A DNA stretch of 64,000 bases from Hydrolagus affinis (taxonomy: Eukaryota): assembly GCA_012026655.1 (NCBI GenBank), contig JAAILG010000140.1, forward strand, positions 1-64,000, written 5' to 3'. The notes under the pieces were generated by a model, which ran no database searches, was not told the DNA's origin, and was given only the letters and a program-made list of their open reading frames with translations. This document shows positions 50,501-59,872 of this stretch, piece by piece. A program made the translations under genes and the position numbers. Numbering within the stretch: the first letter of the stretch is position 1; the number at the start of each line of letters is the position of its first letter.

Positions 50501-53500
50501 ATAGCAAAGCAGAGACCCTGCGCCTATGGTTTACAAGTAGAGATGCGGAATTGACATTATATACAGTATTATGTACTGTATATGCTATTGCAAGAATCAG
50601 AATGATTTTACTTTTATCAAAACAATCTTTGACCTGCAGCAGCGAAAGCCTATGACACACAAAAAAAAAGCATATATATAGTGGGGAAGTGAGAATGCAA
50701 TTCTAATCAGTCCTATCAAATTATTGGAGGAAGACAAAGGACGAAAAGACTCAGATCTGTAGGGATATGGCTGACGACTGGGTAGAAACCAAGAGAAGTG
50801 AAGCATCTCCGTTCTGACATATTACTAAGCATTGTTTGACAACAGCTGCAACCGCAATCACATTACAGTAGGGTATGATAGATACATCATCCTTCACAAC
50901 CAGGCAGTGTAAACCCAGCCCAGGAATTGTAAGGCTTACAGACTGACACTCCCAGTAATATGAGTAATTGTATAGCTGAAGGACAGAGAAAAATAACAAC
51001 AGCATTTATGGAGAGGATAACATCTTGGGATTGTTGCACAAAGACAGTCGAACCATGGAAATGAACGGCACAGAAGAAGGCCATTTGGCGCATGGCTCAA
51101 TCGACAGCAACAGTCAGCCCCATTTATCTGCCCATTCCCATAACCTTGGACCTGACTCTTTTAAAGCTACAACTGTGGGAAATGTGGGAAACAAGGGACA
51201 GGGGAAAGGAGAGGCTCAGTTACAGACTTAGAATTTTATGTGGGATTTAAAGACGGAAAATGGGGAGATGTTTCCAGAATTCAGTCCTAACAATTCCCAA
51301 CCTCTCCGACCTGCTCGCGCTCTACCCCTCTGGTCCTTCCCGTTTGCTAAGCGAACACAGGTCTGCTCAGGCACTCAGTGGCTGAGCCTTCAGTCAATAT
51401 GTCCTAATCTTTGAAACTCTGTCTCGTTGACTCCATCTCTTCCACTCTTCATCCATCTTAAATCCCACCTGAAAACCCATCTCTTCAACTGAGCCTCCAT
51501 CTCCTAATTTTCCTTTACCCAGCATCCAAGCCAGCCATTCATTGTACAGCACTGGGAGACATTATCCTACATGAATAGTCCTACATAAATGCAAGCTGTT
51601 GTTGTTATTGTTTAGAGACTCTGACCTACAAAATGCAGAGTCACTAGACTTTACAATAAATCCTGTGAAGCAGTTTCACAGAGACTGCGCTGTGAAAGGC
51701 ATGATAGCGAATGCAAGGATTATTATATTCTATCCTATCACATATTTAAAAATTTATAACAGAGCTTTCAAGTAACATCACTGACCACCTCTTTTAGATC
51801 AGAAAGTAGGAAATTAAAATCTAGCACTGCGAGCTTTCCAGCGGAAAACACCAGCAAAGTGGGTGAATGGTTTCCTCCACTAATTTTCTATTGCACAAAG
51901 TACGTACTTACAGTTAATACTACCAACCTCTTCATGTTGACAGTGGAGCACACAGTTGAAGTAAACAAATGTTTGGCATTGCAATAACATCGCACATATG
52001 TCTTTGCAACACAATTTGAATGGCAAACTTATCTGCTAGTTTTTCATCCATTGCAGCTGTTTATCTTTAACATGATAATAAAGCAGTAAATATTTAAGGC
52101 AATAGAAAATTATTTCTGACATAACCATGTTAAAGTTTTGGTTTTGGAAAATAAGATATACAGCAGCTCATTCATCACTTGTATCGCATGTGTTCATTTT
52201 CAAAATGATGACTGGAATCAGAAATTGCACCATTAGTTCAGCACAGTGTTTTGGTGACTGAATATTCCAGCATATTCAGTCAGTGAATAGTTAAAACGCT
52301 CATGACCTCAATGCTTCACGCTGAGCAGATCAAGAGAAGGCACTGAGATGTGTGATGCTTCCCAACTGGGGTAGGGAAAGTGGCAGAAGGAGGGGATTTG
52401 GAGGGCCAGTCATTTGAGGCTTCTCTTACATATATAGCGGGGGACAACAAGAAACAGCATGGATGGGGCGAAGGGCCTTCATCATCCAAACCAATCTTGA
52501 GATCATCAAGACATCTGGCGCAGCTTTCATTGTGATAAGAGTACTCCAGAATCATTCTTGCCAACTGAAAGAAAAAGTATTTTTTGTGAAGCTTTTTCAG
52601 TGTACAAATTACATTATAAAAGCATTGCTACAAAGTGAAAACAGAATTCCACAATGTGTTATGTGGGCCTGGCGATTACGGGATAATTCACACCAGTATA
52701 ATACATTTCAGGCACCTAGCGTTAGTGCATTATCACATGGCTTTGTGACACTATTCTATGAGTTCATTAAAAATCTTCATTCGACAGTTTGAGAAAGGTG
52801 GCGAAACAGCTCATTTGCACGTTGATGAGGACATTTTTTTGAAAGAAAGTTACAATATTTATTTGGACGAATGTTCATTACAAGCATTTCCAAAGTTCAT
52901 GTTATTGAATAGATCGTTGGTGAGGGTGGGGCCGCCATTATGTTATAAATTTGCAGAGTCAGGAGGCAAGTCCGTGTGTAAAATGCTGAGCAATAATTCA
53001 GCATAATTCAGTTTGGAAGATATACAGGGATAGAAAAAGAGGTGGTGCAGAACACATTTAAAAAAGTACTTTCTACTGCATGTTCCCATAGAAAGTTACA
53101 TGTGGTTGCCCTTAATTTTATGCGTTAAATGCAAGATATTTACGTTACTAAGGAAAGTAAGTTATAATCAAGAGTGTGAAAGCAAGGAACAGAATAACGC
53201 AGTTATGTACCGAATAGAACGGTTCTAGTATTCTCTGCGGAGAAATGGTGTAAGGGTAATTGTGGACAAATCTATCAAACCATTATGCCGATACTTGGCT
53301 ACAGTTTTAAACAAAGACAAATAAGAGCAGCAATTCCAGTCAATGTAATGTGTAGTGTCTTCAGCAATGCCAGCTGCTTATGGGATTTCATCATCATAAC
53401 TGCGCTTGACCAAAAATGCTTCACCCAAAACCAACCAGAATTTCAAACCGTGGTCACATTAGCAGATGGATGTAACACAAACCAGAAGAGATAACACTGT

Positions 53501-55922
53501 TGTTATGCAAAGGCATAATTGGTCAGGCCTACCTAGAGCCAAGCTGCCGAAACCCTGGTCCATGCATGCCTTTGTCACCTCTCGCTGGACTACTCCAACG
53601 CTTCCCCTCCGCCACCATTCACAAAATCCAGCGTATACTAGTTAGCAACCACATTACTTCAAGGAATCTGAATTACGGAGAAGCTGAGCTTATTGAAGTA
53701 ACTTGTGAAATAGGTTAGTAGGGAGAGTATGAACATCTTGACCATTGAGCAAGGCTTGCAAAAGCTGCAGAAACACAGGTGCTTTCCTCTCTCCATACCA
53801 ACCAAGTTAGGCCCCAACCACTGGGTGTCTTGGTGCACATTAATAGATCAGTTAATGCTGTCTAGCAGCCATTGTCGCAAGCTTCAAAGTTTCCTTCCGA
53901 GTTGTTCGACAGACATCTGCCTTCAGTTTGAGGGAAGGACCTATACAGGACATCTTGCGACACACCAACCACCTTGACGTTTGAGGTGCAAGTTCAACGG
54001 GCTTTCACGGACAGGGGGCTTTATGAATATTGCTTGAGGTCAAAACTTCAATTTCAAGGAGTGTGCATTCCAATGTACTATTTGCCTGGGATGAGTAAGA
54101 ATGATCGTCTGGGGAGAACCGGGTATGTGGGAAATCAGGAAATTTCCCGAACGCTCCAGAAGCTTACCAGCCCATTCAGTTCGGAAATTCCAATTTCATC
54201 TCCTCCCCCACACCCACACATAAATCTGCAGCTTGATTTTACATCGGCATCCCAAGCTCGATCGGTGAGTCAGTCTGCCACTGATTACAGTGCATATTTA
54301 ACAACAACAACATGGCATTTATAGAGCGCCTTTCCCGTCGGGAGGACGTCCCAACAGTGATATGTCACATACCAACCGCCTTGATTCTTCTCAAAACAAA
54401 CACTCTAACACCTCAAACTTGTAAATAAACACACAGCTTAAAGAATCCTTGAATATTTGGCTTCTGGCAAGAACAATAAATAAAATACATGGGCTATTTT
54501 CGTTATCACACACGCACACACACACACAACATCTTATAACCCCTTACTTCAGTGGTGCAGATAAGAAAATAAGAATTGCCAAAGGAAAGATGACCAAAGT
54601 CTATCCAGTTGGCCTCTCCTGGCAGTCACATGCACATGTCATCCCCCAAATCTATATGCTGTATGCTATGGTATTATTTCCTAAATATGCATTGGTACAG
54701 AAGCATAGAATTCAGACCCTAAAGTTATCAAAACACCACCGCAACAACAACAACAACAAAAACACTGGTTCATTGAGAGGAATTATTTCCTGATTCGTTT
54801 TCAACTGCAGCCAAACGTTCCCGACCGCCATATAACGTACCGTTTTAGTAGTTGTGGTTTGTGTTGCAACCTGTTTAGCTGAAGTGTTTCCTTTTGCTAG
54901 CCTGCACGCCCAATAATACCATCTCGCCATACAACAAGGAAGCTCTATGTTAGCACCTTTGTGCTGTCCTGTCCTGTACAGTACAGGACAGTCCATGCAG
55001 GTTCCAGAACAAAAATCATTCTCCCAATTTCCAGTGAAGCACTGCACTGTACTCGGTTATCTTGTGCACTCGTGTTTATTACTGCCAGGCTCCTGAAATA
55101 CATTCACACGTGTTAATAACAGAAAGGAAATCTGCCAACGCAGGACCATCTAATTAACGAGTAAGGGATGTTACACCGAAACCACTCATACTGTACTTGT
55201 TTAACTCTCTAGCCGACAACTATCGACGTCCCAGATTTGGTTCCATAATTTCGGTCGGAAATTATGTGTAATTTTACGCCACACGAATGGTAGACCAAGC
55301 CTTCAATTTGAAAGTTTATGATTTCGTGGTTAATGTTTAAGCCCTCGTGGGTGAATTCCGATGGGCTGCAATACAGGGTGTTTGTTTGTTGTGTGCTTCT
55401 GTAAGTCCCTGAAGAAACTAGAGCAGCCAGAGAAGGCCAGGCTCTAACGCCTTAACCCACCCCCTCAGGCTGCCTCACACAGATTAAATCCACTTTGACC
55501 AACTTCTTCCATCCATTCATTCATTTACTGTGAATTGAAACAGAAATGACAGAGTCTGACAGGAAGAACGAAAGTAGGAGCGAATGGAATTTCACCTGCG
55601 ATCAGTCCTGAACCGCAAAACTAATCTGATTCTGTGTTAAAACTATATGCAGAACTCAGAGGAGGGCACAGCAACCCCTCCTCCCCTGTCCTCCATCCAT
55701 CAATATACACTAACAACAGGATCGGTGACCCTTGGATGCCATGATTGACTCCAATATCGAGTAGCATCGTCCGGCTCACTTTCCCCCCCCTCTCCCCACA
55801 CTGCACATGCAGACAGACACAGGCACACACAAACATACACACGCCAAGAGGGACAGGCAGCAGCGGCCGTTTCCTACCTGACTGGCTTTATGAAACTGCT
55901 TCTTCAAGCCGGCGACCGACAT
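30024..55922 (-). CDS. SH3GL3: Endophilin-A3 (N-BAR + SH3), 9 exons, 353 aa
   Basis: complement join(55922-55878,39228-39160,38562-38490,37111-36968,35861-35728,34915-34757,33196-33093,31535-31408,30229-30024) = 1062 nt, all [30 protein letters not shown] and [11 protein letters not shown] are A3-type rather than A1/A2. Confidence 0.93.
31408..31535 (-). CDS. SH3GL3: SH3GL3 exon 8 (linker)
   Basis: [16 protein letters not shown]...SFKSS|gtaag. Confidence 0.92.
33093..33196 (-). CDS. SH3GL3: SH3GL3 exon 7
   Basis: [34 protein letters not shown]; 104 nt. Confidence 0.93.
33364..33910. mobile_element. Tc1/mariner (Tigger/pogo-like) MITE, 547 bp
   Basis: Perfect 17-bp TIRs CAGGTAGACCCCGCTTA / TAAGCGGGGTCTACCTG flanked by TA on both sides. 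Confidence 0.92.
34757..34915 (-). CDS. SH3GL3: SH3GL3 exon 6
   Basis: [22 protein letters not shown]...[21 protein letters not shown]; 159 nt. Confidence 0.95.
35423..35635 (-). mobile_element. 5'-truncated SINE
   Basis: Core and tail of the same family. Confidence 0.85.
35728..35861 (-). CDS. SH3GL3: SH3GL3 exon 5
   Basis: [44 protein letters not shown]; 134 nt. Confidence 0.95.
36771..36930 (-). mobile_element. 5'-truncated SINE
   Basis: Core and tail of the same family. Confidence 0.8.
36968..37111 (-). CDS. SH3GL3: SH3GL3 exon 4
   Basis: [47 protein letters not shown]; 144 nt. Confidence 0.95.
37395..37590 (+). mobile_element. Decayed CR1 LINE 3' end
   Basis: TTTAAAGGGAACTAGATAAATG (FKxxLD-like ORF2 end) followed by a 3'UTR resembling 59255-59410. 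Confidence 0.5.
37815..38130 (-). mobile_element. tRNA-headed SINE
   Basis: Near full-length copy of the same family. Confidence 0.88.
38490..38562 (-). CDS. SH3GL3: SH3GL3 exon 3
   Basis: [24 protein letters not shown]; 73 nt. Confidence 0.95.
39160..39228 (-). CDS. SH3GL3: SH3GL3 exon 2
   Basis: [23 protein letters not shown]; 69 nt. Confidence 0.95.
40872..41049 (-). mobile_element. 5'-truncated SINE
   Basis: Tail and core; abuts an L2-like fragment. Confidence 0.85.
41292..41605 (-). mobile_element. Deu-domain SINE (older family with longer core)
   Basis: GGTTTAACGTCCCACCTGAAAGACGG...GACAATGCAGC resembles the recalled AmnSINE/SacSINE Deu core; (TTA)n tail. Confidence 0.7.
41650..42075 (-). 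mobile_element. L2 LINE 3' end
   Basis: [43 protein letters not shown] plus (TTG)n tail. Confidence 0.92.
44170..44400 (+). mobile_element. Decayed Deu-type SINE
   Basis: AAAAGATCCTGTGGCTCTGTTCGAAAAGAG...GCTGTTTGTGGG...CACAAATGGCTGC. Confidence 0.6.
44529..44572. repeat. (TATC)n microsatellite
   Basis: About 11 perfect units. Confidence 0.95.
46262..46562 (-). mobile_element. Full-length tRNA-headed SINE
   Basis: A/B boxes, core and tail all present. Confidence 0.9.
51290..51610 (+). mobile_element. Decayed L2 3' end
   Basis: CTGAAAACCCATCTCTT (LKTHL) and tail ATAAATGCAAGCTGTTGTTGTT. Confidence 0.6.
55878..55922 (-). CDS. SH3GL3: SH3GL3 exon 1 (H0 amphipathic helix)
   Basis: [15 protein letters not shown]|gtagg; 45 nt. 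Confidence 0.95.
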
Positions 55923-56309
55923 CTTTCTCAGCCCGCCCCCCCCCACCCACCTTTTTTTTAACACTTCACTTCACTTGGGTTGAGAGGGGTGTGGGGGTGG
56001 GGGGGGGGGGTGGAGAAGGAAGGAGGAGGAGGAAGGAGATGGAGAGAGGGTGGATGAGGAGGGGGAGGTTGGGGAAGAAGAGAAGAGATAAGACAACTGA
56101 CAATTGTTTTTTTCTTTCTCCCTCTCTTCTCTCTCTCCCCCCCAAAAAAAACCCACATGCATATATATAATGAAAAAAAATTAACAGGGGGAAAAAAAGA
56201 GGGGGAAGGAAAAAAATGTGCCTTTAGTCACAGCTGTTAGCCCAGAGTGTTACTGTAACAATGTGTGCATCAGTGTTCGATCCATCGCTACAATGTATCC
56301 ACTTTGCAC

Positions 56310-56490
56310 ATTGTCCTCGCCCTCACCAGCCTCGCCCCCCCCCCTCCGCCCCCGCTCCTCCCCGCTTCTCCATTGGCTCACATCCCTTGTCAATCATCCG
56401 TGTATGCAAATCTCCCGCGGCCGCCGTCCAGGAGGAGGACGAGGGGAGGAGGGGGGGGGGAGAGGGAGAGGGGGCGTGACGTCATGTCCC
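56310..56490 (-). promoter_or_regulatory. SH3GL3 GC/CpG-rich proximal promoter
   Basis: GC boxes near 56345, CCAAT on minus 56372-56376, octamer ATGCAAAT 56404-56411, palindromic CRE TGACGTCA 56477-56484. Confidence 0.65.
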
Positions 56491-56539
56491 CATCAAATTG
56501 TTGATGATAGTCCCTGCATTTGGTCGAGTAATAATACTA

Positions 56540-56824
56540 TATTATTATATGCATTTGATACAGAGCCTTTTCACGTCCTCAAGACGTCTCAAAGCACCTC
56601 ACAGAATATACTGTCAAGCAAATTATTATGTGTATATTGTGGGTGAAACGCGGCAGCCAATTGCGCACAGGAGCGTCCCACAAACTGTCGTGGATTGAAG
56701 TGACACTTTTTTTTGATGGATTATTATTAGGTGTAATACAGTAAGGAAACTCGCCCAAGATTTCACCCTGCAGGTCTCTCACTTGTAAGGCGAGTGCTCT
56801 CACCACTAAGCTACAGGACTCCAC
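56540..56824 (-). mobile_element. Full-length tRNA-headed SINE next to the SH3GL3 promoter
   Basis: Same family, head at 56824. Confidence 0.88.
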
Positions 56825-56869
56825 GTTTGTGTAGAATAATAATAATATTAATAATCTTTGCAAAAAGTG

Positions 56870-56999
56870 AAATAGTGCAGATGCTGGAAGTCGGAAACAA
56901 AAACAGAAATGGCTGGGAACACTCAGCGGGTCAGGCACCATTTACTTTAAATTTAAATGCTGCCTAACCTGCTGAGAGTCCCCAACAATTTCTGTTTTT
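56870..56999. repeat. Penelope-derived inverted repeat
   Basis: Arms 56899-56944 and 56954-56999 are near reverse complements. Confidence 0.75.
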
Positions 57000-57354
57000 A
57001 TAATAATAATCCTTGCATTTGATATAATTATATAATTATAATAATACAGAGCCCTTTCACGTCTTTTAGAGTATACCGTAAAGTGAATTGACTGTATGCA
57101 GTATTTATGTGTGAAATGCAGCAGTCAGTTGCACACAGCAATCACACTTCAGTATATGTAGATGATGGTGGTTTCCTTGCTCCAGTGGGGAGCTGCTGTC
57201 TGCTGTCAGACACAAGACAGGCAACCAACCCAACAGTGCATGGGGTAGGGGGTAGGAGGGGGTGGGGGTGGGGGGGAGTGAGGGTGTGGGAAAAGAATGA
57301 AGAGATAGAGCAGGGGTGAAGAGAGAGATGGGGGCTGAGAGTGTCAGGGGAAAA

Positions 57355-57671
57355 GTGGAGTCCTGTAACTCAATGGTTAGAGCACCTTGCCTTACAAGCG
57401 TGAGACCTGTGATCGAATCCAGGCAGGTCAGGGCGAAACCTTGGGCACGTTTCCTTACTCCACATGCCTAATAATAATCCCTCCAAAAACAAATAATAAA
57501 AAAGGTCATTTCAATTCACGACTGTTTGTGGGACACTGCTGTGCGCAATTGGCTGCCGCGTTTCACCCACAAATATACAGTCAATTCACTTTACAGTATA
57601 TTCTGGGAAGCGCTTTGAGACGTCTAGAAGATGTAAAAAGCGCTACATCAAATGCAAGGATTATTATTATT
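57355..57671 (+). mobile_element. Full-length tRNA-headed SINE
   Basis: GTGGAGTCCTGTAACTCAATGGTTAGAGC...GCGCAATTGGCTGCCGCGTTTC...GCAAGGATTATTATTATT. Confidence 0.92.
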
Positions 57672-59066
57672 AAAAAAGGAAAACAAGAAAAGCAGAAGAG
57701 AGTGGAAGAGAAAGAGGAACCCAAAACTAAAGAAAGGAAAGGAAGGAAACGATAAAAACTTACTGTTCACGCAAGATAGCATCTTGGAGCGCACTGGGGT
57801 GATGGGGTCAATTTACAATTTTGAGGTGTTTCTAGACACCAGGCATCTGTCTATCCATTTAACTTGAAAACAGTATATTGCGAAGAAATTATCGTCAAAT
57901 GGAATACTTTGGAGGGGCAAATAGAGTGGCAAGATTTTTGGACTGTTGGTCAACTTTGTCCAAAATGTGAATATTCCCTAATAATCTATGAACAATGTAA
58001 TTTTTCATCTTGAAACTCAGCAACTTTGTGATGGTATCTCTTGTTATCAGGCTCTGCCTGATATCTGAATGTGCCTGAATGTTTATAAGTGGCTGAGGTC
58101 TTATTGATGTTGCAAGATCACACTTCCAAAACTTTTGTAATCAAAATGTACAGTTTCGAAGATGACCTTTAGTTTCACAGTGTGTACTGCGGTTTGGCTT
58201 TGGCTTGACCTTTACCCCCGCACTTTCTTTGCATATCTTAAATGCAGATTTTGATACTGCTAGTGCTTACTATTATCATGACCAAAAAAACATACAGTCA
58301 CAACAAATTTCATAGGAAATTCTGTGAAACTCCCTCGAGACATCCCCCTGACATGAAAGGAGCCATATCAAATTGAACAATTATTACTTAATCATTGAAT
58401 GAGCAAGTGTGAATATGGAATAATTCAATGAACTGCAGTTAGAAAAGGAGTTCCTCTAGTACAGTCATTTGAATCTGGCAAAGTTTATAAAGTTTTGACG
58501 AGTGAACCTGCTAAGTGATTAATGTTAGACTGATACAATGATGAATACTGTAGTTTAAAGTACAGTACTTCATTTTCAATAAAAGTTGTGTGCTTCTGTA
58601 CTTGAAGTATGTTAATTCTAAAAAATACAAGGATTTATCATGCCAAGCTTCCAATTTGAGCTTCAGGCACTCCCAAGGCACACCTTGCAATATGAGTCAT
58701 AGTATATTCCAAAACTTGGTTTGTGTTGATTCAATACAACTTGTTATGTTATCGAAGAGGTGGTCGCTGCTGCCCAATTCTTTAGAATTTACAATTAACT
58801 GCCATTTGGTCCTAGTTTAATGATGCTTTGCACACATTTGGCTGAGCAATGTTTTCTTTTAACTTAGACTTGGCTCCACATGAGTGATTTGGAGCTAGCA
58901 GTATAACAGCAGTATAACAGCTTTGGAACCTTCTTCTCCCGTCACTGATTTCACACCATAGACAAACTACAGACATTATAGGTGTGACATTTATCTACTG
59001 TATGCATCTTCTTCTGCTGATAGGTATGCAGTATGAAAAATTGCCACAGCCAACAATAAAAAGCTG

Positions 59067-59168
59067 AGATAAACACAGAAATCACTGGGAATATGCAGCA
59101 GGTCAGGCAGCATCCATGGACAGGAAAATAAGTTAACGTTTCAGATCAATGACCTTCTATCAGAACTG
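59067..59168 (-). mobile_element. Penelope-like terminal fragment with hammerhead motif
   Basis: Minus strand: AGTT CTGATAGA AGGTC-ATT-GATCT GAAAC GTT AACT. Confidence 0.65.
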
Positions 59169-59254
59169 AATAAACAGCTGATGTCTGAACCATGATGACA
59201 CCACGTTCCCTATAAAAGTTATAATCTTGCTGTTTACGAAAGACAATATTATCT

Positions 59255-59412
59255 TTTAAGAGGAATTGGATAAATGTATGAAAATGAGAACATGAAAGGG
59301 ATTTGGAGGAAAACAGGAGACTAGAACTAAGCAATAGCTCTTTCAGAGAGGCAAAACAGACATAAAGGGCTCATGGCCACCTTTTGTACTTTCCATTTCC
59401 ATGGCTCTATGA
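59255..59412 (+). mobile_element. Decayed CR1 LINE 3' end
   Basis: TTTAAGAGGAATTGGATAAATG...GGGCTCATGGCC...CTATGA tail. Confidence 0.55.
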
Positions 59413-59574
59413 CTTTATTGAAATATGTTTCTGATTTTAATGCATTATTTCAACACTGTTTTCAGTACAATGGCAATTGCACAAGAGTGTTATGCATGTT
59501 GGTGCATGTGTGGGTGGAACCCAGCTAATATAATAATCCTAAATGTTACCATGAGTAATTGAACCATATTTGTA

Positions 59575-59872
59575 TGGAGTCCTATAGCTCAGTAGTTAGA
59601 GCACTTGACTCGCAAGCAAGAGACCTGGGTTTGATTCCAGGCAAAACCTTGGATGAGTTTCCTTACTCCATATGCCTGGTAATAATCACTCACAAAAAAA
59701 ACAATAATAAATAAATTGGTCACTTCAATCCCTGACTGTTAGTGGGACATTGCTTTACACAACTGGCTGCCGCGTTTTGCCCACAAATGTGCAGTCAATA
59801 CACTTTACAGATTATTTGAGACATCTAGAAGACTTGAAAAGTGCTGCGTCAAATGCAACGATTATTATTATT
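59575..59872 (+). mobile_element. Full-length tRNA-headed SINE
   Basis: Same family. Confidence 0.88.

Noticed and set aside
30024-55922. Calling the endophilin SH3GL1 and the lamin LMNB2 or LMNB1 by human synteny
   Set aside because: Diagnostic residues ([29 protein letters not shown]; LENAQMAAAKNSD) fit SH3GL3 and LIII better.
55621-56698. Cluster of overlapping Pro/Gly/Arg-rich ORFs
   Set aside because: Artefact of the low-complexity GC-rich promoter and 5'UTR; only the 45-nt exon 1 is coding.
25852-59872. tRNA-like sequences at SINE heads
   Set aside because: They have A/B boxes but no complete cloverleaf and are always fused to the SINE body; not tRNA genes.
7195-59872. Apparent minus-strand bias of SINEs switching at the SH3GL3 promoter
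   Set aside because: Small sample; plus-strand tail fragments at about 34200, 47260, 47900 and 51700 break the pattern.
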